From an uncultured Candidatus Saccharibacteria bacterium (lineage in GTDB: Bacteria; Patescibacteriota; Minisyncoccia; Phycocordibacterales; PALSA-1337), in the NCBI GenBank assembly GCA_964529025.1, contig CAZGUZ010000001.1, positions 6,163-70,162 of the forward strand: a stretch of 64,000 bases of DNA. The letters are read 5' to 3'. The notes beneath the pieces were generated by a model. That model did not search any database. It saw nothing but the letters and a program-made list of their open reading frames with translations, and was not told where the DNA came from. The position numbers and the translations under genes are program-made. Positions 38,876 to 47,719 of the stretch are shown in pieces (position 1 is the first letter of the stretch; each line of letters opens with the position of its first letter).

Positions 38876-39481
38876 CTATGCAAGCCCGGACACCACCTTT
38901 TGTTCATGACTCACACCGGCGCCGCCCCCTACAGGAATAAGGTCGAAGCCGAAGTCAGCCTCGATCACTTGCGCCAGTCGCAAGGAATCATTGAGACCCT
39001 TGAAACCGAGACGAGCTGTTGGCAATGAGGTAATTACCGGCATACCATGCTCAACATGCGCCCTCAAGCCAAGCTTGAGTGATTCGAAATCCCTCGGCCA
39101 CTCGCCGTCACCGAAGACTTCTTTGCACCGCTTGGCAATACGGAACCAGCGATGCGAGTTTGCGAACGGAGTGAATACAGGGATCACGAAAAGTGAACTC
39201 ACTGGCCACATCGAGAGAAAGCCGGCAATGGCACCGAATCCCAGCGCCATATTAACCGCACCACACATGCGTGCAATGTAATAAACTGCAACAGCCAGGC
39301 TGATGCACATCACCACAGGACCGATAATACCTGCCCAGATGAGCCAAACCGAGGGTGGCTTGCGAAATCTTGCAACTCCGCAAGGCGCAAGAACCTCCCC
39401 GATTGTTGCATCTGCCTTCTTGCACAATTCAACTTCTTCTGTTGTCATACAGTAACCAAATAAATGTTCCAACATCAACAC
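38876..39481 (-). CDS. Hypothetical integral membrane protein in a GC-rich island
   Basis: Three or four hydrophobic helices. GC is about 55% by eye. Alternative starts are at 39475 or 39448. No family was recognised. Confidence 0.4.
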   Translation of the reverse strand: MLMLEHLFGYCMTTEEVELCKKADATIGEVLAPCGVARFRKPPSVWLIWAGIIGPVVMCISLAVAVYYIARMCGAVNMALGFGAIAGFLSMWPVSSLFVIPVFTPFANSHRWFRIAKRCKEVFGDGEWPRDFESLKLGLRAHVEHGMPVITSLPTARLGFKGLNDSLRLAQVIEADFGFDLIPVGGGAGVSHEQKVVSGLA

Positions 39482-39615
39482 GGATACACAATATATACGC
39501 GTTGTTACTAAAAATTAGGATACTACATAATATTAACTGTGTCAATAATTATAGCCCCTCGCTCAACTGCATCGCTCTGGCGAATCACCTAACATATGCT
39601 ATAGTAACCCTACAT

Positions 39616-41634
39616 ATGAACACTCATTCTTCGCCTCAACCGGCAGCTGCACACAACAATTCTCACCAACGTCAAACACCTTCTAACCCAACACTCATTC
39701 AAGGAATCATCACAACAACCCGCAAAGGAATGGGCTTTGTTGATAATCCAGCCGATGCAGAAAACGATATCGTAATCGAGGCCGGCAACCTTAACACCGC
39801 TCTTCATGGTGACCTTGTACAAGTATCACTTTTTCCTAAGCGCAAAAGCGGCAATAAAGATTTTGAGCAAACCGGTGAAGTCATTAAAATCTTAGAGCGA
39901 GCTCGCACAGAATTTGTAGGCACAGTTGAATCTGAACGCGGTCTTGTTTTTGTTACCCCTGACGAAAGAAAATCGTATACCGATTTTGTTGTTCCTGCAG
40001 ATAAAACTCTTGGGGCAGTTAACGGAGACAAGGTTGTTGTTAAACTTATTTCATGGACTGATGCAAAAAAGAGTCCTCAAGGAGAAATAGTTCGTGTCAT
40101 TGGTAAAAAAGGAATTAACGATGTAGAGATGGAGGCTATCGTGCTTGAAAGTGGTTTTGATACTCGCTACCCCGCCCCCGTTATCGAAGAAGCCGAGAAG
40201 CTTGCTCAAACACAGATTCCAATTCCTCAGAACGAAATTGCTCGTCGCCGTGATATGCGCAATGTTCTTACTGTAACTATTGACCCTATCGACGCCAAAG
40301 ACTTTGACGATGCAATTTCTTTTGTTGAGACAGGCACAAAAACATCTGACGGTTTAGATATTTACGAGATTGGCGTGCATATTGCCGATGTTTCGCACTA
40401 TGTACAAGAAGGCACAGCTCTTGATGAAGAAGCACAAGCTCGAGGCTGCTCTATTTATCTTGTTGACCGAACTATTCCTATGCTACCTGAGGTTCTTTCA
40501 AACGGTCTCTGTAGTCTTAATCCTCATGAAGACAAGCTTACTTTCTCTGCAGTTTTTATGATGGATATTCGTGGTCGTGTTCATGATCGCTGGTTTGGTC
40601 GCACTGTAATCAATTCAAATCGCCGCTTTACCTATGAAGAAGCTCAAGAATGTCTCGAAACCAAAGCTGGTGATTTCGCCAAAGAATTAATTACCCTTAA
40701 TACCATTGCCAAAGAACTCCAAAAAGAGAAATTTAATAAAGGAGCAATCGAATTTGAGCAAGATGAAATTAAGTTCAAGCTTGATGAAACTGGAAAGCCA
40801 ATTGGTGTATACAAAAAAGTACGTAAAGATGCTCATAAGCTTGTCGAAGAATACATGCTTCTTGCAAACCGCGAAGTAGCAAAATTTATTTACTCAGAGA
40901 TCAAGCGTAAAGGTCATAAAGACACTGGCTCAATTTATCGAATCCACGATGTTCCCGACAAGGATCGCATTGCTGATCTGGGAATTTTTGTGCGCGCTCT
41001 TGGCTACAGCCTCAATACTGATAAAGAAATTACTGCCCACGACCTCAAAAAACTCCTTAAGCAAATTGAAGGAACTCAGCATGAAGATCTTATTCGAACA
41101 GCAACAATTCGATCAATGCAAAAAGCTATCTATTCAACCAAAAATATTGGGCACTTTGGTCTAGCTTTTGATTATTACACACACTTCACTTCGCCAATTC
41201 GTCGTTACCCTGACCTTCTTGTACAGAGAATTCTTCATAAGCATCTTGCTGGCGAACCTTTCGGCGATCGTGATGCAGTTCGCTTTGAAAGTATTGCTCA
41301 AAAATCAACACGACGCGAAATCGACGCAGCGGACGCAGAGCGAACATCAATCAAGCTCAAGCAAGTTGAGTTTATGGCGCAGCACATTGGTAAAAAATTT
41401 ACCGGTACCATTTCTGGTGTTACTGAATGGGGTATTTACATTGAAGATGTCGACACTCGTTGCGAAGGAATGGTAAAGATCCGTGATCTTGGTGATGATT
41501 TCTATGAGTTCAATAAAAAGACCTATTCAATTACTGGCAAGAAATCAGGCAAAAAGTATACCTTGGGTGATAAAGTAACCTACACCGTTGTAGCCGCAAA
41601 CCTCGAAACTCGCACACTGGATTATAAAATATAA
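39616..41634 (+). CDS. rnr: Ribonuclease R (RNB-family 3'-5' exoribonuclease with a C-terminal S1 domain)
   Basis: RNB catalytic motifs (…IDPIDAKDFDDAIS…), a cold-shock-like N-terminus and an S1 C-terminus. The start is taken at the ATG at 39616; the upstream ORF-track extension overlaps an opposing gene. Confidence 0.85.
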   Translation: MNTHSSPQPAAAHNNSHQRQTPSNPTLIQGIITTTRKGMGFVDNPADAENDIVIEAGNLNTALHGDLVQVSLFPKRKSGNKDFEQTGEVIKILERARTEFVGTVESERGLVFVTPDERKSYTDFVVPADKTLGAVNGDKVVVKLISWTDAKKSPQGEIVRVIGKKGINDVEMEAIVLESGFDTRYPAPVIEEAEKLAQTQIPIPQNEIARRRDMRNVLTVTIDPIDAKDFDDAISFVETGTKTSDGLDIYEIGVHIADVSHYVQEGTALDEEAQARGCSIYLVDRTIPMLPEVLSNGLCSLNPHEDKLTFSAVFMMDIRGRVHDRWFGRTVINSNRRFTYEEAQECLETKAGDFAKELITLNTIAKELQKEKFNKGAIEFEQDEIKFKLDETGKPIGVYKKVRKDAHKLVEEYMLLANREVAKFIYSEIKRKGHKDTGSIYRIHDVPDKDRIADLGIFVRALGYSLNTDKEITAHDLKKLLKQIEGTQHEDLIRTATIRSMQKAIYSTKNIGHFGLAFDYYTHFTSPIRRYPDLLVQRILHKHLAGEPFGDRDAVRFESIAQKSTRREIDAADAERTSIKLKQVEFMAQHIGKKFTGTISGVTEWGIYIEDVDTRCEGMVKIRDLGDDFYEFNKKTYSITGKKSGKKYTLGDKVTYTVVAANLETRTLDYKI

Positions 41635-41654
41635 AAACACCCGGCTTAGTTGTT

Positions 41655-41765
41655 GTAGTTTTACATAACAAAATACTATTTGTATGAAAGGGCTAGTAAA
41701 GGCACGCAGGTGCCTTTACTCGAAGATAATTTCAACCATGAAATTATCTGTACCTTATATACAAA
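41655..41765. repeat. Nested inverted-repeat structure in a convergent intergenic region: perfect 19-bp inverted repeat (41655..41673 / 41747..41765) enclosing two further hairpins
   Basis: AACAAAATACTATTTGTAT and its exact reverse complement, 73 nt apart. Inner hairpins are GTAAAGGCAC-gcag-GTGCCTTTAC and GATAATTTC-aaccat-GAAATTATC. Confidence 0.55.
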
Positions 41766-41780
41766 TAGTATTTTGTTTTG

Positions 41781-44048
41781 CTATTTAGCCACCCTTACCG
41801 CTTCATCAAACTGAATCGAAAGAAGTTTAGAACCACCATCATTCCCCATTGTCACACCGTAAAGAATACCTGCTCGAGACATAGTTTCGCGATTATGCGT
41901 AATTACAATAAGCTGCGAGAGCTGGGATAGGCTTTCTACCATATCGCCATACTTGCGTGAATTTGCTTCATCGAGCGCTGCATCTGTTTCATCAAGAATA
42001 ATAAATGGTGGAGGATTTACTTGTGACAAAGCAAAGAGCAGTGCTATAGAGGTAAGCGCTCGCTCCCCACCTGAGAGCATCATAAGACCCTTAACCTTTT
42101 TGCGAGGCAAAGAAACTGAAATATCAATTCCTTGCGGACCTTGTGCATCTTCTGCTGCATCGCTCTCGGGAATATTTTCTGAACCTGCATCGAGTAATTC
42201 TTTAAGGGCAGATTTTGAACGCTTTGTTGGCTGTACGAGCGTAAGTGATGCTGCTCCGCCGCCAAACATCATAGTAAAGAAATGTTGGAATTGGGTATTT
42301 ATCTTAAGGAGGCCATCCGTAAATTCAAGGTTAAGGCGAGCATCAAGATCAGCAATAATATGCTCGAGTGAAATGCGTGCTTTTTCAAGATCGGTAATTT
42401 CACGCAATAAAAAGGCATCGCGCTCTTCAGTGTCTTTATGTTCTTTAAGAATTTCGCTTGTTCCGCCAACACCAGCGTCTTCGAGGCGAATCTTAAGGCG
42501 CTCCAAAGCCTTCTTTCTATCTTCTTGTACAGAGCGAGGTTCACTCATAATTAAGCTCGTGTCGATAGCTACACTTTCATAATCAATTGCGTCTCGGCCA
42601 CCTAGAACATATGCTTCTTTGAGCTCATTTGCAAAAGCATCTTTTTCTTGAAGAACTCTTTGTTCGCGCGCTTTAAGGGTAGCAAGAATTGTGCGGACTT
42701 CATTAAGTTCGGCCATATACTTAAATACATTCTTTTCGGCTTCACGGTTCGAATCTTTTTCTTTTTCTATTGCCTGCTGAACATCGCGATACCGTGCTTC
42801 GGCAGTAATTTGTCGCTCTTTAATTTCTTGCGTATGAGATTCGAGCTCGCTACGTTTTTTCATATAGCTATCAACTTCTTTCTCGGCATCTGCAATGCGC
42901 GAAGTGTCAATTTTTTCTGAATGTTCTTCGACAAAACTTGTAACAGCACCATGAACATGTTTAAGAGCACCCTCAAAAGATTCAAGGGTGCGATTCTTAA
43001 GAGCGGCATCAATTGCTTGGTGAATAGAACGAACAACATTGCGAACATCAGCCATGCGCACAGTACGAGTATCATCGTGTCGCATACGTTCGCGTTCTTT
43101 ATCGATACTGCGTTTAAGTGCCTCGATTTCGCCATCGAGCTTTCCTGCTTCGCGCATTACCATATCATGCTTCATGCGCAAATCGTGTAGATCTTTTTCT
43201 ACTGCAATGAGTTCATCGCTTTTAACATCGCGCCTTTCCATATGCTCAAGTTGTGAGCGAGCTTGGTCAAGCTTTTTAATGAGCTCAGCTTCTTGGTGCT
43301 GTGGTTGTTTGAGTTCTTCGCGAACATGATTAAGCGACTCGTTAATATAAACGTCTTCGCGCTTTAAGTACTCTTTCATGCGACTGCGGAATTCTTGGCG
43401 CAATTCTTCTGTCTTATGAATCTTCTCTACTTGCTTGGCCAAAAACTTAAGGTGTGGAGCGATTTCCCTGCGTAATGACTCTACCTCTTTCATATTACTC
43501 AAAGTTTTTTCGAGCTTCTTCTGACTTTCGAGTTTTTTGTATTGGTAAACACGAAGCCCTAAAGCATCTTCAATCATTTGTCGGCGCTCGTGGATATTTG
43601 ATGACAAAATTCTATCAGCTTCACCTTGTGAAATTATGTGGTGGCCAGAAGAACCAATGTGTGCCCCAGCTAAAAGCTCTACAATATCCTTAAGGCGAAC
43701 AGCACTGCCATTTAAAAAATATTCATTTGAATTATCACGATGAACAACGCGCTCAATTACAACCTCATCAAAATCAAGAGCAAGTTTGCGTGACGTATTA
43801 TCAAAAACTAATTTTACAGAAGCGCGATTAACTCGTGAACCATCACTGCCGGTAAAGATAAGGTCTTCGCCGCGTTTTCCACGCATTGATTTTACCGATT
43901 GCTCACCCAAAGCAAATCTAAAAGCTTCGGCAACATTTGATTTTCCCGAACCATTAGGACCAACAATAGCAGAAATCGGCGCCGAAAATTTGAGCGACGC
44001 TTTTTTGGCAAAAGATTTAAAGCCTGAGATTTCGAGCTCTTTAAGCAT
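41781..44048 (-). CDS. smc: SMC-family chromosome condensation ATPase (short, 755 aa)
   Basis: N-terminal Walker A GPNGSGKSN, a long coiled coil, and a C-terminal signature LSGGER plus Walker B ILDETDAALD. Confidence 0.7.
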   Translation of the reverse strand: MLKELEISGFKSFAKKASLKFSAPISAIVGPNGSGKSNVAEAFRFALGEQSVKSMRGKRGEDLIFTGSDGSRVNRASVKLVFDNTSRKLALDFDEVVIERVVHRDNSNEYFLNGSAVRLKDIVELLAGAHIGSSGHHIISQGEADRILSSNIHERRQMIEDALGLRVYQYKKLESQKKLEKTLSNMKEVESLRREIAPHLKFLAKQVEKIHKTEELRQEFRSRMKEYLKREDVYINESLNHVREELKQPQHQEAELIKKLDQARSQLEHMERRDVKSDELIAVEKDLHDLRMKHDMVMREAGKLDGEIEALKRSIDKERERMRHDDTRTVRMADVRNVVRSIHQAIDAALKNRTLESFEGALKHVHGAVTSFVEEHSEKIDTSRIADAEKEVDSYMKKRSELESHTQEIKERQITAEARYRDVQQAIEKEKDSNREAEKNVFKYMAELNEVRTILATLKAREQRVLQEKDAFANELKEAYVLGGRDAIDYESVAIDTSLIMSEPRSVQEDRKKALERLKIRLEDAGVGGTSEILKEHKDTEERDAFLLREITDLEKARISLEHIIADLDARLNLEFTDGLLKINTQFQHFFTMMFGGGAASLTLVQPTKRSKSALKELLDAGSENIPESDAAEDAQGPQGIDISVSLPRKKVKGLMMLSGGERALTSIALLFALSQVNPPPFIILDETDAALDEANSRKYGDMVESLSQLSQLIVITHNRETMSRAGILYGVTMGNDGGSKLLSIQFDEAVRVAK

Positions 44049-44083
44049 GGATATATTGTACCATGTGTATTAAACACCTACCC

Positions 44084-44833
44084 CTACCACGCTTTCACTT
44101 CGAGTGCTTTTTCTGCAGCTTTTTGCTCTGCTTCTTGTTTTGACATTCCTGAACCTGTAGCCACCTGAACATCACCTAAAAATACACCGAGGGTAAACTG
44201 CTTATTATGATCAGGTCCCATTTCTTTGAGAGTTCTATATGATGGTGTTATTCCCGTCATTTCTTGAGCCTTTTCTTGGAATCGGCTCTTTGCATCGAGC
44301 CAGAGCTTCTTTTTAATAATGGTGTCGATATCGATATATGAAAGAATAAACTTTTCAATAAAGTTACCTGCTCCACCAAAACCCTGATCAAGATATATTG
44401 CTCCAATAACTGCTTCTACTGCATCAGCAAGGATAATTGAGCGTGCTCGGCCTTGGTCTTTTGCTTCGCCTCGCGACAAAAGCATATAGTTATTAATACC
44501 AATATGCTGTGCCACCTTAGACAAACTTACGGTATTAACAAGGGCAGAACGATATGCAGTTAAATCGCCCTCTGCTCTGTCGGGAAACTTTTGATACAAA
44601 AAGATTGTAACTACAAGTTCCAGCACTGCATCTCCTAAAAATTCAAGGCGTTCATTGTGCACTAAACGAGCACCGCGATTTTCATTGAGATATGAGCGGT
44701 GTGTACAAGCAGTCTTAAGCAAATCGAGCGACTTAAAATGAACGCCGAGCTTTGTTGCTAATGCTTCGAAATCAGGCATATGTCCTCGCGGACCTCGAGC
44801 ACCCCGTGATTTTTTTTCTCCTCCTGTTGCCAT
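44084..44833 (-). CDS. rnc: Ribonuclease III
   Basis: ERLEFLGDAVLEL catalytic signature plus a C-terminal dsRBD. Confidence 0.85.
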   Translation of the reverse strand: MATGGEKKSRGARGPRGHMPDFEALATKLGVHFKSLDLLKTACTHRSYLNENRGARLVHNERLEFLGDAVLELVVTIFLYQKFPDRAEGDLTAYRSALVNTVSLSKVAQHIGINNYMLLSRGEAKDQGRARSIILADAVEAVIGAIYLDQGFGGAGNFIEKFILSYIDIDTIIKKKLWLDAKSRFQEKAQEMTGITPSYRTLKEMGPDHNKQFTLGVFLGDVQVATGSGMSKQEAEQKAAEKALEVKAW

Positions 44834-44844
44834 ATATACTTATA

Positions 44845-45756
44845 TTATTTCTTCCCTTCTACGTGCTTTGAAACAAGCATAATTGCTTTAGTAACAATAG
44901 GAAGAATATCGTTATAAAAATTTAATTCGAGAATGTCCGAAAGCTTAAACCAGCGTGCATCATCAAGACCGCCACTTGTACCCAGAGTAATTGGATCGAA
45001 GAAAGATTCTGCTAAAAAGTAGTGAACCTGTTTTCGAATCTTACCTTTTTCTGGATCTGAGGCTACATATTCATTACTTCCCAAATCTTCTTTAATGGTA
45101 ATATCAAGGCCCATTTCTTCTTTAATTTCGCGAATGGTTCCTGTGCGAACATCTTCTTCTGCTTCGATTTTTCCTTTCGATAGAGTCCAGTGGCCAAATA
45201 TATCATGAACAAGGGCTAAGTATGTTTCGCCTTGGTGTTGCGCATATACCACTGCTCCGCCGAGTTTTTGAATTGGCATTTGCTCAAAAGGAACATCTTT
45301 TGGACGCTTCTTTTTTGGTTCAGCATCTTTACCAGGTTCACCGAGTTCTTTATACACAGATCCCAAGACTCCGTTAACAAACTTTCCACTGTTTTCTCCG
45401 CCGAAAGTTTTTGCAAGCTCAATAGCTTCGTTAATTGCAACTTTTGCTGGCACTTCGTTGCGGTCTGAGAATAGAAGTTCGTAAAGACCGATACGAAGAA
45501 TATTTCTGTCTGAAATTGAAATCTTATCGATGGGCCATTCAGGGGCAGCTTTTTCAATTACAGCGTCGAGATCTTTGCGCTTAGCAGCAATACCCTGTGT
45601 AAGGGTTTCCATAAATGAAAGATCGCCCATACCAGGAGCAAATTCCTCGGCATTACGGGCGATGCTTTCTTTGAGTACTTCAAGTGAATAACCTCTAAAA
45701 TCCCACTCGAAAAGTGTTTGCATTACTATCGATCGAGAAAGATGTCTATTGGCCAT
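44845..45756 (-). CDS. nusB: NusB antitermination factor fused to a C-terminal NUDIX hydrolase domain
   Basis: The N-terminal roughly 140 aa match NusB (…VPAKVAINEAIELAKTFGGENSGKFVNGVLGSV…). The C-terminus carries a canonical NUDIX box GKIEAEEDVRTGTIREIKEEMGL (Gx5Ex7REUxEExGU). Confidence 0.7.
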   Translation of the reverse strand: MANRHLSRSIVMQTLFEWDFRGYSLEVLKESIARNAEEFAPGMGDLSFMETLTQGIAAKRKDLDAVIEKAAPEWPIDKISISDRNILRIGLYELLFSDRNEVPAKVAINEAIELAKTFGGENSGKFVNGVLGSVYKELGEPGKDAEPKKKRPKDVPFEQMPIQKLGGAVVYAQHQGETYLALVHDIFGHWTLSKGKIEAEEDVRTGTIREIKEEMGLDITIKEDLGSNEYVASDPEKGKIRKQVHYFLAESFFDPITLGTSGGLDDARWFKLSDILELNFYNDILPIVTKAIMLVSKHVEGKK

Positions 45757-45806
45757 TTTTTTGAAGAACTACTGCATTTAAACTTTATAATACTGTAAGT
45801 GTATCG

Positions 45807-45992
45807 CTACTCGGCTTTTGAGGCAATGTCGAGAACCTTGCGACCTCGGTACATGCCTGTTTTGAGGCAGACGTGGTGTCGAAGATGTGCTACACCAGTG
45901 TCTTTGGCAACAGTTGTACGTGTTGCATCTAAAGCATGATGTGAGCGTCGATTGTCCCGGTGTGCCCGGTTAGCACGCATTCTGTTTACCAT
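45807..45992 (-). CDS. rpmB: 50S ribosomal protein L28 (tentative)
   Basis: 61 aa, basic. …DNRRSHHALDATRTT…HLRHHV…GRKV… resembles the L28 …GNNRSHALNATKRRF…NL…RV… pattern. Confidence 0.45.
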   Translation of the reverse strand: MVNRMRANRAHRDNRRSHHALDATRTTVAKDTGVAHLRHHVCLKTGMYRGRKVLDIASKAE

Positions 45993-46154
45993 AGTGATGC
46001 TATATTACATCATTTTGTATGAATGTGCAAGCACTTAAATAAGTTAACTGCGAGTATCAAAATAAACCAGGCTTTTGCTAAAAATATACAAAAGAAAGAG
46101 CCAGCGTCCGGTTAAGAAACGCTGGCTTTTTGTGCCGCCCCGTAGGGGCGGTTG

Positions 46155-46979
46155 TTATTTCGGTGGTTGCGGAGTTGTCTTGATTCTACGTCTAACAACA
46201 TATTCCGCAGCGTGGGTTGGGTCGCCAGCAAGATCTTTGAACTCCGGTTGACTCAGAAGCCCTTCGTATTCTTGTGCAACTCTACCCGTTGTCTCAAGGC
46301 GTGACAGTAGTCGTAGTGTTTGTAGCACCGCGACTGTGTGTGCCACTGGCCCGTGGCAGGACTGCATTTGACCAACAAGCTTTCCTGCCTCAACCCAATT
46401 TGGCGGCTGAAGTTCTTCTGATCGCCTGGTTCCTCGATCAGAATCAGTAATAACTTGTTTTCGTAGCGATGAATCGATTCTTGGTGTCGCCACGAATGCA
46501 AAAACATTCTTTTGATGGAGCGAAGCGCCTAATGCGCTTACGTCAGCCTTAACGCACCACGATATGATCGGGGTGAGTTCAGAACTTACTGACCCAAGAT
46601 CTTCTGAACTCGCATCAATAGGGTGCAGTAATTCTACGAAAACCACACCCTGAACAAATACCTCAGTCTCGAGGCACCGAGTGACCACTGCAGCCGGATC
46701 TTCGGGCTTCTCCAAATTCAGATCCGCAGCCGACTTTCCAGACTCTGATGGTAATTGGATTCTGGTCCTCTTAGACCAGCCCATTCTCGATTCCGAGACG
46801 AAAGCGAGCACTTCTACTCGCCCTTCGTTTGTAATCCTCACAATGCAGCAAATTGCTGCTGACGAGGAGACTTTCGATGGGGGCGCGCCATCATTTGATG
46901 CATTCGCCCCCTCGTTCGGTGTCATATTACTCTTTCTAATCCGCCGAAGCAGATTGGGGGTTATGTCAGATTTCTCCAA
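46155..46979 (-). CDS. Hypothetical 274-aa protein in a GC-rich island
   Basis: GC is about 53% by eye. The gene is flanked 3' by tandem hairpins. No family was confidently recognised. Confidence 0.4.
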   Translation of the reverse strand: MEKSDITPNLLRRIRKSNMTPNEGANASNDGAPPSKVSSSAAICCIVRITNEGRVEVLAFVSESRMGWSKRTRIQLPSESGKSAADLNLEKPEDPAAVVTRCLETEVFVQGVVFVELLHPIDASSEDLGSVSSELTPIISWCVKADVSALGASLHQKNVFAFVATPRIDSSLRKQVITDSDRGTRRSEELQPPNWVEAGKLVGQMQSCHGPVAHTVAVLQTLRLLSRLETTGRVAQEYEGLLSQPEFKDLAGDPTHAAEYVVRRRIKTTPQPPK

Positions 46980-47032
46980 CAGATTGCATCTGTACAGAAA
47001 ATAACACGACTTGCTTTATGAGTCAAGTATTT

Positions 47033-47674
47033 TTAAGACACTAACTTAATGTTGCCATTGAGCCTTTTAAGGAACGTAATTCTGTGAATTTTTGACATGC
47101 CATGCTTGTCTAAAGCAGCGTAGTGCATTCGAGTTCCATAGCCTTTGTGAATTTCAAAACTATACTGTGGATACTTGCGTGCACTACGAATCATATATGT
47201 ATCGCGATGCACTTTTGCAGCAATAGAAGCAAGAGCTATGCTCATAAAACGAGCATCGCCTTTAATATAGGTATTCTGCGAGGTAAATTCTTTTGGAGCA
47301 TATAAGCCGCCGTCGAGTTGTATGTGAACAGTGTCTTTATGCACTCGGGCCTTTTGTATCACTTTTAACAAAGAGCTTTTAAGTGCTTTTTTAATTGCCG
47401 GATTAATACCGTGCGTATCAATATACTGCGAGGAAACCATCGTAGTAGAAAATGCAATGATTCCCTCTTGCTCTGCATTGAGCATATAGGCAAGCCATTC
47501 TTTTCTTTGAGGCTCTGTTAATTGCTTTGATTCGCGCACACTCTTAAAAAGCTTATTCGCCCGCCGGCTATTGTGTATCAAGCATGCACCGACACATACC
47601 GGCCCGGCTATTGGCCCGCGGCCGACTTCATCAATACCAATGATGTACCGAAGTTTCTTTGATACATGTCTCAT
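47033..47674 (-). CDS. rnhB: Ribonuclease HII
   Basis: IIGIDEVGRGPIAGPV… is a canonical RNase HII N-terminus. The start is set at the internal Met at 47674 to avoid overlap with the divergent dnaE; the ORF track extends to 47755. Confidence 0.8.
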   Translation of the reverse strand: MRHVSKKLRYIIGIDEVGRGPIAGPVCVGACLIHNSRRANKLFKSVRESKQLTEPQRKEWLAYMLNAEQEGIIAFSTTMVSSQYIDTHGINPAIKKALKSSLLKVIQKARVHKDTVHIQLDGGLYAPKEFTSQNTYIKGDARFMSIALASIAAKVHRDTYMIRSARKYPQYSFEIHKGYGTRMHYAALDKHGMSKIHRITFLKRLNGNIKLVS

Positions 47675-47719
47675 AGAGCGTAGTATCACATATATGTATA
47701 AATTTGCTATACTACGCAT

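Noticed and set aside
39355-39615. N-terminal extension of the RNase R ORF
   Set aside because: It overlaps the opposing GC-rich membrane-protein gene and is low-complexity. The canonical RNase R N-terminus begins at the ATG at 39616.
41953-42582. 209-aa plus-strand ORF antisense to smc, and the 268-aa ORF (56851..57657) antisense to gyrB
   Set aside because: Both have Ser/Arg-rich low-complexity translations that mirror the coiled-coil or conserved coding sequence on the other strand, so they are spurious.
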